Assembly: GCA_942493065.1 (NCBI GenBank)
Contig: OW818671.1
Span: forward strand, 766,104 to 830,103
Length of the DNA: 64,000 bases
Source: an uncultured beta proteobacterium
GTDB taxonomy: Bacteria; Pseudomonadota; Gammaproteobacteria; Burkholderiales; Rhodocyclaceae
Direction of reading: 5' to 3'
A program made the translations under genes and the position numbers. The notes under the pieces are model-generated. The model saw only the letters and a program-made list of their open reading frames with translations. It ran no database searches and was not told the origin of the DNA. Shown one piece after another: positions 18,985 to 29,349 of this stretch. Position 1 is the first letter of the stretch. The number at the start of each line of letters is the position of its first letter.

Positions 18985-19931
18985 TCGCTGCTGTTTTCCA
19001 GCGCCTTTTGTTGGCGCTGCAGGAATTCATCCATGCTGTCGATGCCGCGCAGCAACAGGATAGTGGCCCGGACCGCAGCTTCCAGTAGCACCGCGAGGTT
19101 ACGGCCGGCAGCAACAGGCAGCACCACTTTGCGCACAGGAACGCCCAGGACGTTTTCGGTGAGAGCATCCAGCGGCAAACGTGCCATTTCCGGCACGCCG
19201 GGATTGGGGCGTTGCAGATGCACGATGAGTTTCAGGCGCATTTTGCGGCGACAGGCGGTTTCGCCGAAAACCGTGCGGATATTCAGCAGGCCAAGGCCGC
19301 GTACTTCGATAAAGTCCTTCAGCAACTCGGGGCAGCGTCCCTCAAGAGCGTCCGGGGCAATACGCGAAACCTCAACGACATCATCGGCAACCAAGCCATG
19401 GCCGCGCGTGATCAGCTCCAAACCGAGTTCGCTTTTGCCGACACCGGAATCACCGGTAATCAGTACGCCAATGCCCAGCACATCCATGAATACGCCATGC
19501 AACGTGACGGTCTCGGCCAGTTGGCGCGACACGTAGATGCGCAGGGCATCAATCACCTGCGCCGTCGGCACCGGCGTGGCGAACAGCGGCGTATCGGTCG
19601 CCTCACAGGCAGCGCGAATTTCTTCAAGGATGTCGCAGCCATCGGCCACGATCACCGCGGGTGGGTGGGCATCGATGACGCGCTGGAACAGATGGAGTTC
19701 CGCATCCTCACCTTCCTTGGCATGGCGTTTGTACCAGATGATCTCGGGGGTGCCGAGAACCTGGACGCGATCCGGGTGAATCAGGTTGAGGTGACCAATC
19801 AGGTCGGCCGGTGAAACGTCGTCGCGATTGACGGCGATCGGGCGGTTGAGGGTACCCCCTACCCAGGTCAGTTGCAGCCGTTCGCGATTACGCTCGAACA
19901 GCTGCGCGACGATCAGTTGGCCGACTGCCAC
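18981..19931 (-). CDS. hprK: HPr kinase/phosphorylase
   Basis: LHGVFMDVLGIGVLITGDSGVGKSELGLELITRGHGLVADD, PVAAGRNLAVL. Confidence 0.95.
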   Translation of the reverse strand: MAVGQLIVAQLFERNRERLQLTWVGGTLNRPIAVNRDDVSPADLIGHLNLIHPDRVQVLGTPEIIWYKRHAKEGEDAELHLFQRVIDAHPPAVIVADGCDILEEIRAACEATDTPLFATPVPTAQVIDALRIYVSRQLAETVTLHGVFMDVLGIGVLITGDSGVGKSELGLELITRGHGLVADDVVEVSRIAPDALEGRCPELLKDFIEVRGLGLLNIRTVFGETACRRKMRLKLIVHLQRPNPGVPEMARLPLDALTENVLGVPVRKVVLPVAAGRNLAVLLEAAVRATILLLRGIDSMDEFLQRQQKALENSSD

Positions 19932-20374
19932 TGCGCAAACAGCGCATGCACGGCTGCCGCATCGGGCGCAGCGGTGAGTTGCTCACGAAAACCCTTGTCG
20001 CTGAACATCTGTGCAAGTTCAGACAACATCTGCAGATGATGTTCGGTCGCCGCCTCGGGCACCAGCAGGACAAAGATCAGACTAACAGGTTGACCATCCG
20101 GGGCATCGAACTGGACCGGGCTGGCAAGCCGCAGGAAAGCGCCATGCGCTTCCTTGAGGCCCTTGATACGGCCATGCGGAATGGCGATACCCAGCCCAAG
20201 GCCGGTGGAGCCCATTTTCTCGCGGGCGAACAGGGCATCGTAAACGGTGCTTCTGGCAATGCCTTGCAGGTTTTCAAACAACAGGCCAGCTTGTTCGAAG
20301 ACGCGTTTCTTGCTGCTGGCATCGAGGTCGACAAGCACGTTCTCGACCTTGAGGAGTTTGGCAATCAGGTTCAT
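19913..20374 (-). CDS. ptsN: PTS IIA-like nitrogen regulatory protein PtsN
   Basis: SSKKRVFE, LFARE.MGSTGLGLGIAIPHGR. Confidence 0.93.
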   Translation of the reverse strand: MNLIAKLLKVENVLVDLDASSKKRVFEQAGLLFENLQGIARSTVYDALFAREKMGSTGLGLGIAIPHGRIKGLKEAHGAFLRLASPVQFDAPDGQPVSLIFVLLVPEAATEHHLQMLSELAQMFSDKGFREQLTAAPDAAAVHALFAQWQSAN

Positions 20375-20508
20375 TGTGGATCAGGGGTGTCCCATACACA
20401 GAAAAACATCATCGGCGGGGCAATGGTGGGCCGCCGCCGATGCGTGGCGAAGTATATACCTCGCCACATGATGAGAAAACCATGTAAACAGGACTGGGGG
20501 CGGATGCC

Positions 20509-20820
20509 TTACTCGACCGTGGGGCGACTATGGCCGTGGTCGTGGTTCTTGTCCTTGTACTTGATCACCTGGCGGTCGAGTTTGTCGACCAGCTTGTCGA
20601 TGGCTGCGTAGAGATCTGCATCGTTGCTGTCGGCGAAGATATCCTTGCCCTTGACGTGCAGCGTGATTTCGGCTTTCTGCACGAGCTTTTCCACAGTGAG
20701 AATCACATGGACGCTGGTGACATGATCAAAATGGCGAATGACCTTATCCACTTTTCCGGTGACATACTCACGCAGAGCGGGGGTGACTTCGATGTGGTGT
20801 CCCGTGATATTGAGGTTCAT
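20509..20820 (-). CDS. hpf: Ribosome hibernation promoting factor
   Basis: MNLNITGHHIEVTPALREYV..K, DLYAAID.LVDKLDRQV.KYK. Confidence 0.93.
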   Translation of the reverse strand: MNLNITGHHIEVTPALREYVTGKVDKVIRHFDHVTSVHVILTVEKLVQKAEITLHVKGKDIFADSNDADLYAAIDKLVDKLDRQVIKYKDKNHDHGHSRPTVE

Positions 20821-20831
20821 GATGGCTCCTC

Positions 20832-22310
20832 TTAGAGTGCTTTTCGTAGGTTAACCGGCGGAATGTTCAGGGATTCACGATACTTGGCAACGGTACGTCG
20901 CGCAACCACAATTCCCTGTTCGCCGAGGACTTCCGCGATTTTGGCGTCGGAAAGCGGCTTGTGACCGTCTTCGACGCTCACCAGCTGCTTGATCAGCGCC
21001 CGGATCGCGGTGGATGACGCCGCGCCGCCGGTATCGGTGGCGACGTGGCTGCCAAAAAAGTATTTGAGTTCGTAGACGCCGCGCGGACTCGCCAGATATT
21101 TCTGCGTTGTCACGCGCGAGATAGTCGATTCGTGCAGTTCAACTGTATCGGCAATTTCACGCAAAGTAAGTGGCCGCATCGCCACCTCGCCATGATCGAA
21201 GAAGGCGCGCTGCCGGTCGACAATCGCCTGCGAAACACGTGCGATGGTATCGAAACGCTGCTGCACGTTCTTGATCAGCCACTTGGCTTCCTGCAACTGA
21301 CCTGACAGATTGCCGCCACCATTGCTGCGCTGACGCCGTAGCAGATCGGCATACAGGCGGTTGATGCGCAGGCGCGGCATGGCTTCCTGATTGAGTTGCA
21401 CCGTCCAGCTACCGCGATGCTTCCTGACGAAGACATCGGGCACGATGTACCGCGTATCCATCGGCGAGAACTGCGCGCCCGGACGTGGATTGAGCGAACG
21501 AATCAGTTCCTGTGCCTGGCGCAGGGCCTCATCTTCGCAACCCAGCGCCTTGCGGATGCGCACGTAATCGCGATTGGCCAGTTGTTCGAGATGATCCTTG
21601 ACGATCGCCACGGCCAGCGCTTGCGTCGGGCTGGGCTGCAGGTTGAGCAGCTGCAGCAGCAGGCATTCGCGCGGATTGCGCGCGCCGATGCCGGGAGGGT
21701 CAAGGCTTTGCAGATGTTTCAGGGCGATCTGCAGGTCGTCGATGACCTCATCCGGTTCGCCGTAAAACTCTTCCGGCACCACCTCAACCAGCTCTTCCAG
21801 CGTCTGCGCCAGGTAGCCGTCGTCACTCAGTGCCTCGACCAGAAACGCCACCAGCATGCGCTCGCGGTGCGAAAGCTGCGTGAGCGCCAGTTGCTCGATC
21901 ATGTGGTCGCGCAGGCTAATGGCGGCGGCCTGCAACTCGCCGGCATCAGCCTCGCTTTCATCGTTGGGGTCGCGCGGCGTGCGCGTGCTACCGCTGCCCG
22001 ACCAGTCGTGTCCTTCATCCTGCGACCAGTCGTTGCCGGATTCCTGGCTGTCGCGCGACTCCTGTGCATCCCGTTGCTCAGAAGTGTTGTTGCCCTGTTC
22101 GTCGTTGCGATGCGACAGCGCATCGTTGGTCGTGGAAAACACCCCCACGTCGCCCGGCTCCTCGCGTTCCAGCAGCGGGTTTTCCTGCAGGGCCTGTTCG
22201 ATTTCCTGATTGAGTTCCAGCGACGAGAGTTGCAACAATCGAATCGACTGCTGCAACTGGGGCGTCAGGGCGAGATGCTGGGAAAGCCGGAGCTGGAGGG
22301 TGGGTTTCAC
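20832..22310 (-). CDS. rpoN: RNA polymerase sigma-54 factor
   Basis: [23 protein letters not shown], RpoN box [13 protein letters not shown] start. Confidence 0.97.
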   Translation of the reverse strand: MKPTLQLRLSQHLALTPQLQQSIRLLQLSSLELNQEIEQALQENPLLEREEPGDVGVFSTTNDALSHRNDEQGNNTSEQRDAQESRDSQESGNDWSQDEGHDWSGSGSTRTPRDPNDESEADAGELQAAAISLRDHMIEQLALTQLSHRERMLVAFLVEALSDDGYLAQTLEELVEVVPEEFYGEPDEVIDDLQIALKHLQSLDPPGIGARNPRECLLLQLLNLQPSPTQALAVAIVKDHLEQLANRDYVRIRKALGCEDEALRQAQELIRSLNPRPGAQFSPMDTRYIVPDVFVRKHRGSWTVQLNQEAMPRLRINRLYADLLRRQRSNGGGNLSGQLQEAKWLIKNVQQRFDTIARVSQAIVDRQRAFFDHGEVAMRPLTLREIADTVELHESTISRVTTQKYLASPRGVYELKYFFGSHVATDTGGAASSTAIRALIKQLVSVEDGHKPLSDAKIAEVLGEQGIVVARRTVAKYRESLNIPPVNLRKAL

Positions 22311-22319
22311 TTCTTGTTC

Positions 22320-23054
22320 TTACATCCGGAAGTGTTCGCCGAGATACACGCGGCGGACACTTTCATTATCGATGATTTCGGCCGGATTGCCAGCCGCCAG
22401 CACTTCGCCTTCGTTGATGATCGTCGCGCGATCACAGATGCCCAGCGTTTCGCGTACGTTGTGGTCGGTGATCAGCACACCAATCTCGCGTTCTTTCAGG
22501 AACTTGATGATCTTCTGGATATCGATCACCGCAATCGGGTCGACACCCGCGAACGGTTCGTCGAGCAGGATGAATTTGGGGCGGGTTGCCAGCGCACGGG
22601 CAATTTCAACGCGGCGACGTTCGCCGCCGGACAAGGCGACCGCCTTCTGCTCACGCAAATGACTGATGTGCAACTCCTCCAGCAACTCATCAAGGCGGGT
22701 TGCAATAGTCGGCTCATCGTAATCCTGCAGTTCCAGCACGGCCCGCACGTTCTCGGCGACCGTCAGTTTGCGGAATACCGAATTTTCCTGCGGCAGATAG
22801 GACAACCCGAGACGCGCCCGCTTGTGGATCGGCAGGTGCGTCATGCGCTGCTCCGTGCCATCGGCGGAAATGCTGATTTCGCCGGCATCGGACGCCACCA
22901 GACCGACGATCATGTAGAAGCAGGTGGTCTTGCCGGCGCCATTTGGGCCGAGCAGGCCGACCACCTCACCGCCATCGACATGCAGGCTGACGTCCTTGAC
23001 GACAGTGCGTGCGCGGTATTTCTTGTGCAGGTTGTAGACGGAAAGACGACTCAT
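22320..23054 (-). CDS. lptB: LPS export ABC transporter ATPase LptB
   Basis: [64 protein letters not shown]. Confidence 0.95.
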   Translation of the reverse strand: MSRLSVYNLHKKYRARTVVKDVSLHVDGGEVVGLLGPNGAGKTTCFYMIVGLVASDAGEISISADGTEQRMTHLPIHKRARLGLSYLPQENSVFRKLTVAENVRAVLELQDYDEPTIATRLDELLEELHISHLREQKAVALSGGERRRVEIARALATRPKFILLDEPFAGVDPIAVIDIQKIIKFLKEREIGVLITDHNVRETLGICDRATIINEGEVLAAGNPAEIIDNESVRRVYLGEHFRM

Positions 23055-23488
23055 ACGTCTATCTCTCCTGTCTCTTTGAGCAGCTTGCGGATGATCTCGC
23101 TGGAAAAGCCACGGCCCTGAAGAAAACGTGCCTGCTTGGCCCATTCCTTTGCATCCGCTGGCACTGCCGCGAATTTCTTCTGCCACACAACTCGGGCACG
23201 GGCCAACTCATCGGGCAGGTCCTCAACCTGTGCCTGGACCAGCTCAGCCCCAACCCCCTTCTGTCGCAAGGTCTGGCGCAAACGTGCGCCGCCGAGGCGG
23301 CCGGCTTGGCTGCGCAGGTAGCTTTCGGCAAAACGGGCATCCGACTGCAATCCACTTCTGGCAAGTTCGTTCAACACGGTGTCGATTTCTTCTTCGGTGC
23401 CATGCGGCGCGAGTTTGCGGGCCAGTTCGGCGCGGGTATGTTCGCGCCGGGCCAGCAGTCTCACTGCGCGGCTATAAAGTTCACTCAC
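23051..23488 (-). CDS. recX: Recombination regulator RecX
   Basis: [37 protein letters not shown]; GTG start overlaps recA stop. Confidence 0.92.
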   Translation of the reverse strand: MSELYSRAVRLLARREHTRAELARKLAPHGTEEEIDTVLNELARSGLQSDARFAESYLRSQAGRLGGARLRQTLRQKGVGAELVQAQVEDLPDELARARVVWQKKFAAVPADAKEWAKQARFLQGRGFSSEIIRKLLKETGEIDV

Positions 23489-24504
23489 TCGGCCTCGACG
23501 GGTGCCGCCATGGCTGTCACGCCCACGGCCTCGCGCACCCGGTTTTCGATCTCGCGCGCCACGTCGGCATGCTCACGCAGAAACTCACGCGCATTGTCCT
23601 TGCCCTGGCCGATCTTCTCGCCCTTGTAGGCATACCAGGCACCGGACTTCTCGACGATCTTGTGCTCGACACCGAGTTCAACCACTTCGCCCTGACGCGA
23701 AATGCCTTCCCCGTAGAGAATGTCGAAGTGCGCCTCGCGGAACGGTGGCGCCACCTTATTCTTGACGACCTTGACCTTGGTTTCGTTGCCGATCACTTCG
23801 TCGCCCTTCTTGATCGCGCCGGTACGGCGAATGTCCATGCGCACCGACGCATAGAACTTCAGCGCGTTGCCGCCGGTGGTGGTTTCCGGGTTGCCAAACA
23901 TCACGCCGATCTTCATGCGGATCTGGTTGATGAAGATGACCAAGGTATTGGTGCGCTTAATGTTGGCGGTGAGCTTGCGCAAGGCCTGTGACATCAGGCG
24001 GGCCTGCAGGCCGGGCAACTGGTCGCCCATCTCGCCTTCGATTTCGGCTTTCGGCGTCAACGCGGCAACCGAGTCGATGACGATCAGATCGACGCCGCCG
24101 GAACGCACCAGCATGTCGGTAATCTCAAGACCCTGCTCGCCGGTATCGGGTTGCGAGATCAGCAAATCGGGCACATTCACACCCAGCTTGGCGGCATAGC
24201 TCGGGTCGAGGGCGTTTTCCGCATCGATGTAGGCGGCGACACCGCCGGCCTTCTGGATTTCGGCGACAACGTGCAGACACAGCGTGGTTTTGCCGGAAGA
24301 CTCCGGGCCATAGATTTCCACGACACGGCCACGCGGCAGGCCGCCTATGCCCAAAGCGATATCGAGGCCGAGCGAGCCTGTCGAGACAGTCTGAATATCA
24401 TCGGTGGCAAGACCCTCGCCCATCTTCATGATGGAGCCCTTGCCGAACTGCTTTTCGATTTGTGCCAGTGCCGCTTGCAGGGCTTTGGTCTTATTTTCGT
24501 CCAT
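23485..24504 (-). CDS. recA: Recombinase RecA
   Basis: [51 protein letters not shown]. Confidence 0.99.
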   Translation of the reverse strand: MDENKTKALQAALAQIEKQFGKGSIMKMGEGLATDDIQTVSTGSLGLDIALGIGGLPRGRVVEIYGPESSGKTTLCLHVVAEIQKAGGVAAYIDAENALDPSYAAKLGVNVPDLLISQPDTGEQGLEITDMLVRSGGVDLIVIDSVAALTPKAEIEGEMGDQLPGLQARLMSQALRKLTANIKRTNTLVIFINQIRMKIGVMFGNPETTTGGNALKFYASVRMDIRRTGAIKKGDEVIGNETKVKVVKNKVAPPFREAHFDILYGEGISRQGEVVELGVEHKIVEKSGAWYAYKGEKIGQGKDNAREFLREHADVAREIENRVREAVGVTAMAAPVEAE

Positions 24505-24531
24505 GATGGTCCTTCCGAAATATTGATCCGA

Positions 24532-25026
24532 TTATGGCATGTTTCTTGCGCGATCTAGCAGACCGGAAAGCGCATGAAGTACCGATTGACGCCGGATACT
24601 CTCCCGATCACCGCTGAAAAGTCGGCGCTCGCAGGACGGCGTGCTATTTTTCCCTGACCACGCAAAGCAGACGGTGCCCACCGGCTTGTCCGGCGAGCCG
24701 CCGGCGGGGCCGGCGACTCCCGTAATTGACAATGAAATCAGCGCATTGGAGTGTTGCAATGCCCCTGCTGCCATGGCCATTGCAGTTTCCAGACTGACCG
24801 CACCGAAGGTTTCTATAGTGTTCATAGGAACACCGAGCATATCTGCTTTCGCGGCATTTGTATAGGTGACAAAGCCACGGTCGAACCAGGCCGAGCTGCC
24901 GGGCGTGTGCGTAATGACCTGCGCCGCCCAGCCGCCGGTGCAGGATTCGGCCGTGGCGATCATGAGGTTTCGGGCCAGACAGACTGCACCGATGGCCGCA
25001 GAGAGTTCGACCAGATCGCTATCCAT
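24532..25026 (-). CDS. cinA: CinA/PncC nicotinamide mononucleotide deamidase-like protein
   Basis: ATAESCTGG, GSSAWFDRGFVTYTN.AK, SITGVAGP.GGS..KPVGTV. Confidence 0.9.
   Translation of the reverse strand: MDSDLVELSAAIGAVCLARNLMIATAESCTGGWAAQVITHTPGSSAWFDRGFVTYTNAAKADMLGVPMNTIETFGAVSLETAMAMAAGALQHSNALISLSITGVAGPAGGSPDKPVGTVCFAWSGKNSTPSCERRLFSGDRESIRRQSVLHALSGLLDRARNMP
24617..24640 (+). repeat. Dispersed 24-bp motif copy 7 (in cinA)
   Basis: AAAAGTCGGCGCTCGCAGGACGGC; coding strand encodes PSCERRLF. Confidence 0.88.
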
Positions 25027-25035
25027 TGGCTTGCA

Positions 25036-25545
25036 TCAGAAAAAGCTCTCGACCAGCGTCTTGAAGAGCGCCAGCGTCAGCACGGTATAGCCGGCGGCCA
25101 CGAGGTCATCCATCATCACGCCGAGACCATTCTTGACTTCGTTATCGAAGTAATTGGCCGGTGGCGGCTTGACGATGTCGTAGAAGCGGAACCACAGAAA
25201 GGCCGCGAGTTGCCAGAGCAGCGTGTCCGGCGTCATCAGCAGGACGATCCAGAAAGGCACGATCTCGTCCCAGACGATGGCACCATGATCGACCACGCCG
25301 AGATTGCGGCCGGTGATGTGGCAGGCCGTTACCCCGAGCACGAAGGCCAGCGCCAGGAAAATGGCCAGCGCGAACTCATCAGGGAACAGGCTGCGTAGAA
25401 ACGGGTAGGTCAGCCAGGCGAACAGGGTACCGGCCGTGCCCGACGCCCACGGTGAAAGCCCGCTGCCAAAGCCGCAGGCGATCAGATGTGCCGGGTGGCG
25501 AAACAGGAAGGAAACAGGCGGGGATGGGGATTTTTTGATCTTCAT
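25036..25545 (-). CDS. pgpA: Phosphatidylglycerophosphatase A
   Basis: GFGSGL.P.A.GT.GT, DHGAIVWDEI, FRFYDIVKP.P, G.GVMMDDLVA. Confidence 0.93.
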   Translation of the reverse strand: MKIKKSPSPPVSFLFRHPAHLIACGFGSGLSPWASGTAGTLFAWLTYPFLRSLFPDEFALAIFLALAFVLGVTACHITGRNLGVVDHGAIVWDEIVPFWIVLLMTPDTLLWQLAAFLWFRFYDIVKPPPANYFDNEVKNGLGVMMDDLVAAGYTVLTLALFKTLVESFF

Positions 25546-26480
25546 GAGGCAAAGTGGTCGTAGCCGCGCCGGGCAATCGTCACCGGCGCACCGTCAAGGG
25601 TCAGCACCGTCAACGCGGCGGCGTTGCCGGCGGTAATCTGCCCCAGACAGCTCAGGGACAGGGAAAGTGTTTTCCCGAGCACGAGGACTTCTGCATGCCG
25701 GTCGGCCGGGGCAGTAAATATCAGTTCGTAGTCGTCACCGCCGGACAGGAAACACTGCTCTTCAAAAGTCGGCGCTGGCGAGACGGCAAGTTGCAGGGTG
25801 GCAGCCACACCCGACTGCTCAAGGATATGGCCCAGATCGGCAAGAAGGCCATCGGAAACATCAATAGCGGCAGTGGCCAGCCCGCGTAGAGCCAACCCCA
25901 GCGCCACACGCGGCTGGGGACGATGCAAGGCAGTCAGACAGTCAGTGAGCGCCGGCTCACTTAACAGCGCCTGCCCCTGCAGGTGCGCCAGTCCTTGCGC
26001 TGCCCGCCCCGGCGCGCCGGAGACCCAAATTTCATCGCCCGGCCGGGCACCTGAACGCAACAGCGCGGCGCCGGCGGGTACCTCGCCGAAGATCGTCACG
26101 CAGAAATTGCGCGGGCCCTGGGTGGTGTCGCCACCGATGACGTCGATACCAAAAGCTTCCGCACAGGCGAAAAAGCCGCTGGCAAATTTTTCAATCCAAG
26201 ACTCAGTGGCGGCCGGTAACGCCGCGGCCAACAAAGCCCACTTCGGCTGGGCACCCATGGCGGCCATATCCGAGACATTCACCGCCAGCACTTTCCAGCC
26301 AAGATCCGCCGGATCGGTATTTGGCAGGAAGTGAGTGCCTGCCACCAGCATGTCGGTCGACACCACCAGCTCGCAACCGGCCGCAGGCTGCAGGATGGCG
26401 CCGTCGTCACCGACGCCCAGTACGCTGTGAGGTGTCGGCCGCTTGAAGTACCGGTTGATCAGGGCAAACTCGGAGGGCAT
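25542..26480 (-). CDS. thiL: Thiamine-monophosphate kinase
   Basis: EFALI..YF, GVGDDGA, AVNVSDMAAMGA.P, IGGDTT, AIDVSDGLLADLGH, GGDDYEL.FT. Confidence 0.95.
   Translation of the reverse strand: MPSEFALINRYFKRPTPHSVLGVGDDGAILQPAAGCELVVSTDMLVAGTHFLPNTDPADLGWKVLAVNVSDMAAMGAQPKWALLAAALPAATESWIEKFASGFFACAEAFGIDVIGGDTTQGPRNFCVTIFGEVPAGAALLRSGARPGDEIWVSGAPGRAAQGLAHLQGQALLSEPALTDCLTALHRPQPRVALGLALRGLATAAIDVSDGLLADLGHILEQSGVAATLQLAVSPAPTFEEQCFLSGGDDYELIFTAPADRHAEVLVLGKTLSLSLSCLGQITAGNAAALTVLTLDGAPVTIARRGYDHFAS
25764..25787 (+). repeat. Dispersed 24-bp motif copy 8 (in thiL)
   Basis: AAAAGTCGGCGCTGGCGAGACGGC; coding strand encodes AVSPAPTF. Confidence 0.92.
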
Positions 26481-26489
26481 GCCCGACGC

Positions 26490-26945
26490 TTATTTGGCGC
26501 TGATTTCGTGGGGACGTAATTCCGGCCCGAGCTTGTCGAGGATGCCATTGACGAACTTGTGGCCGTCGGTGCCGCCGTAGGACTTGGTCAGTTCGATCGC
26601 CTCATTGAGCACGACACGGTAGGGCGTTTCCGGGTGATCGCGCAATTCGCAGGCGGCGATCAGCAGGATGCCGCGCTCAATGGGGGAAATCTCGGCCCAC
26701 GGGCGCTCAATATGCGGTTCGAGCAGGGCCTGCAAGGCCGCCGCGTTATTCAGCACGCCCTCAAGCAGCGCATCGTAAAGCGCGCGATTGGCCTTGTCGA
26801 AACCCGCCACGGATTCGGCCTGGACAATGATGGCCGCGGCATCCTGGCCGCCGACCAGATGCTGGTAAAGCCCCTGAACAACAAACTCGCGCGCACGATG
26901 GCGCGGGCTGGAGGGGTTCTTTTTCGGACTGACGTTGGTACTCAC
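26490..26945 (-). CDS. nusB: Transcription antitermination factor NusB
   Basis: [43 protein letters not shown]; GTG at 26945 overlaps ribH stop. Confidence 0.94.
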   Translation of the reverse strand: MSTNVSPKKNPSSPRHRAREFVVQGLYQHLVGGQDAAAIIVQAESVAGFDKANRALYDALLEGVLNNAAALQALLEPHIERPWAEISPIERGILLIAACELRDHPETPYRVVLNEAIELTKSYGGTDGHKFVNGILDKLGPELRPHEISAK

Positions 26946-27454
26946 TTCACGGCTTTCAGCAGATTGGCCATTTCGACGGCACACTGTGCCGCCTCCGTAC
27001 CCTTCTGCAGCATGCGTACTTCAGCCTGGTCGTCGTTCTCGACCGTCAGCACGGCATTGGCAATCGGAATGCCGGTGTTGAGCTGGACATCGGTGACACC
27101 GCGCGCCGATTCGTTCGACACGATTTCGAAATGGTAGGTCTCGCCGCGGATCACGCAGCCGAGCGCGACCAGCGCCGCGTATTTGCCGGTTTGTGCCATG
27201 GCTTGCAGGGTCAGCGGGATTTCCAGCGCGCCGGGCACCGTCACCAACTGAACATCCGTCACGCCGAGGCGCCGCAGTTCATGGCAGCAGCCGGACAGCA
27301 AGCCCTCACCTACCACTTTGTTGAAACGCGCCATGACGATGCCGATCGAGAGGCCAGCGCCGGCAAGATTCGGTTCGATTTCCTTGAGGCCGTCGCAGCG
27401 TCCGGCGGGGGCGCCTGTACTTGCACTCATGTTGGCATTGGGGGTAAAGCTCAT
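26942..27454 (-). CDS. ribH: 6,7-dimethyl-8-ribityllumazine synthase
   Basis: [36 protein letters not shown]. Exact start uncertain. Confidence 0.94.
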   Translation of the reverse strand: MSFTPNANMSASTGAPAGRCDGLKEIEPNLAGAGLSIGIVMARFNKVVGEGLLSGCCHELRRLGVTDVQLVTVPGALEIPLTLQAMAQTGKYAALVALGCVIRGETYHFEIVSNESARGVTDVQLNTGIPIANAVLTVENDDQAEVRMLQKGTEAAQCAVEMANLLKAVK

Positions 27455-28551
27455 TTCAGGGCCTCCTCGGGCGAAAGGTAGCCGGAGATTTCCAGACCGA
27501 AGCCGGCCATGCTCGGCATCTTGCGCGGGCTGGCCAGCAAGCGCATCTTGCCGACACCGAGTTCACGCAGAATTTGCGCACCGATGCCGTAGATGCGGGG
27601 GTCCCACTTGGTGGCGGGCTTGGCGCCGTCGGCCGTCAGTGCATTGACGAGGTCGCTGCCGGTTTCGTTCCGGTGCAGCAGCACAATCGCGCCGCGCCCC
27701 GCCTTGGCAATCGCCTGCATGGCCTGGTCGATACTGAAGCTGTGGCGCTGGCTCTTGCAGTCAAGGAAGTCGAGGACCGACACCGGTTCATGGACGCGCA
27801 CGAGCGCTTCCAGTTCAGGCTTGAGCTCGCCCTGCGTCAGGGTCAGATGCACGTCGCCGCTGGTCTGGTCGCGGAAGGCGCGCAGGCGGAAGCTGCCATG
27901 TGAGCAGATCACTTCCTTGTCGGCCACGCACTCGACCAGCTTTTCGTTTTCCGAGCGGTACTGGATCAGGTCGCGGATGGTGCCGATCCTGAGGCCGTGC
28001 TCCTTGGCGTATTCGATCAGATCGGGCAGACGCGCCATAGTGCCGTCGTCCTTGAGGATCTCGCAGATCACTGCGGCTGGTTCGCAACCCGCCATCTGGG
28101 CGAGGTCGCAACCGGCTTCGGTGTGGCCGGCACGCACCAGTACGCCGCCGCGTTGTGCCATCAGCGGGAAAATGTGGCCGGGCTGAACGATGTCGGCGGC
28201 CCGCGCGTTTTTGGCTACAGCCGCCTGCACGGTGCGCGCACGGTCATGTGCCGAGATGCCGGTGGTGACACCCTCGGCCGCCTCGATGGAAACGGTAAAG
28301 GCGGTGCCGTGCGGCGTCTTGTTGTCGCGCACCATCAGCGGCAATTCGAGTTGGCGGCAGCGGCCCTCGGTCAGCGTCAGACAGATCAGTCCGCGGCCGA
28401 ACTTGGCCATGAAGTTGATCGCCTCGGGCGTGACGTGTTCGGCGGCGAGGACAAGATCGCCCTCGTTCTCGCGGTCTTCCTCATCGACGAGGATGACCAT
28501 TTTGCCGGCACGCATGTCGGCGACGATGTCCTGAACTGAACTGATGCTCAC
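27451..28551 (-). CDS. ribB: DHBP synthase RibB fused to a degenerate GTP cyclohydrolase II-like domain (RibBX type)
   Basis: [23 protein letters not shown]; C-domain reads [11 protein letters not shown] and lacks the HSEC..GD...RCDC zinc motif; GTG start with AAGGAG RBS. Confidence 0.9.
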   Translation of the reverse strand: MSISSVQDIVADMRAGKMVILVDEEDRENEGDLVLAAEHVTPEAINFMAKFGRGLICLTLTEGRCRQLELPLMVRDNKTPHGTAFTVSIEAAEGVTTGISAHDRARTVQAAVAKNARAADIVQPGHIFPLMAQRGGVLVRAGHTEAGCDLAQMAGCEPAAVICEILKDDGTMARLPDLIEYAKEHGLRIGTIRDLIQYRSENEKLVECVADKEVICSHGSFRLRAFRDQTSGDVHLTLTQGELKPELEALVRVHEPVSVLDFLDCKSQRHSFSIDQAMQAIAKAGRGAIVLLHRNETGSDLVNALTADGAKPATKWDPRIYGIGAQILRELGVGKMRLLASPRKMPSMAGFGLEISGYLSPEEALK

Positions 28552-28624
28552 AATAGATCGCTCCTTGGGGAAGGAGTGCATTTTACGCCGGGCCGCAGTT
28601 AATCCGCAGGCTTGGCAAATGATG

Positions 28625-28640
28625 TGGCGCACAAATTGCT
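28625..28640 (+). promoter_or_regulatory. Putative sigma54 promoter
   Basis: TGGCGC-ACAAA-TTGCT, exact GG-N10-GC spacing, 36 nt upstream of ATG 28677. Confidence 0.6.
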
Positions 28641-28676
28641 CAGTGAAGGGCAAACAAGTTTTCTGTGGAGCCCGCC

Positions 28677-28955
28677 ATGCACGCCAATGACCAACAACAA
28701 TTTCTCGAAAAGAAACTCAGCTTCCTGAAAATGCGCGTCGAAATGATCGCTTGGCGCGTTGATGAACTGGGCATGTCGCCGGCCATCCGCCAGGCACTGC
28801 CTGAAGCCACGCTGGGTGTGATCGAATCGCTGCTCTACGAAACCCAGCCTGACCCGGACCGGCTCTCTCTCTACGAACAGACTGTCTGCCGCACCGAGGA
28901 AACCCTCGCCCAGAATCCTGAATTCTGGCGCAGCGGCAACGAAACCCTGCACTAA
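28677..28955 (+). CDS. Hypothetical protein (92 aa)
   Basis: GGAG RBS before ATG 28677; helical ORF in a gap between genes. Confidence 0.65.
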   Translation: MHANDQQQFLEKKLSFLKMRVEMIAWRVDELGMSPAIRQALPEATLGVIESLLYETQPDPDRLSLYEQTVCRTEETLAQNPEFWRSGNETLH

Positions 28956-28968
28956 GCTCAGTCCATCA

Positions 28969-28995
28969 TCAATATTCCGCCAGCGCTGCCGTTAA
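28969..28995 (+). promoter_or_regulatory. Putative sigma28 (FliA) promoter
   Basis: TCAA-N15-GCCGTTAA versus consensus TAAA-N15-GCCGATAA, upstream of yjfB. Confidence 0.55.
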
Positions 28996-29017
28996 GGCAG
29001 TCAGGAGGGATATTTTC

Positions 29018-29221
29018 ATGGACGTTTCCAGTATTGCCGCCGTTGCCTCGGAGATGAGTCAGGCGCGTACCGCCGAGGCGGTGCAACTGACCGTGCTCAA
29101 AAAGGCGATGGATATCGAAGCCCAAGGCGCCATGCAGCTGGTGGCTGCGGCCGCATCGGTCGTTTCTGCTTCGGCCAACAATCCACCCCACCTCGGTCAG
29201 CAGATCGATACGTTCGCCTAG
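29018..29221 (+). CDS. YjfB family (putative motility) protein
   Basis: MDVSSIA..AS.MSQ......V...VLKKAMD.EAQ.AMQL...HLGQ.IDTFA. Confidence 0.85.
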   Translation: MDVSSIAAVASEMSQARTAEAVQLTVLKKAMDIEAQGAMQLVAAAASVVSASANNPPHLGQQIDTFA

Positions 29222-29250
29222 GGCCACTGAGGGCAATTTTGCCCAGTCAG

Positions 29251-29302
29251 GCATCGGCAAGCCCTGCGTCTTTGCCGATGCGCCGGCATATCTTGCCGAT
29301 GC
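29251..29302. repeat. Three copies of TTGCCGATGC (one inverted, two direct)
   Basis: GCATCGGCAA 29251-29260; TTGCCGATGC 29272-29281 and 29293-29302. Confidence 0.75.
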
Positions 29303-29349
29303 ACCTTCAAGCCAACCAGTAACATCATGATCTAAATAGCTTTAATTAG

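Noticed and set aside
21396-23120. Long antisense ORFs (e.g. 574 aa opposite rpoN/lptB; 42827-44491; 56151-57716; 35707-37179)
   Set aside because: Shadow ORFs opposite well-supported genes in GC-rich DNA, with no recognisable motifs.
14008-24616. Motif-free gaps (10.6 kb here, about 9 kb at 49674-58706) as evidence of foreign DNA
   Set aside because: They contain core genes such as rpoN and recA. Gaps of this size can arise by chance at about one copy per 3 kb, and manual scanning may have missed degenerate copies.
27451-28551. Degenerate GTP cyclohydrolase II domain on RibB as a novelty or pseudogene
   Set aside because: RibBX-type fusions lacking the zinc ligands are a known, common proteobacterial form.
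28552-28664. FMN riboswitch upstream of ribB
   Set aside because: The region is short and lacks RFN conserved blocks.
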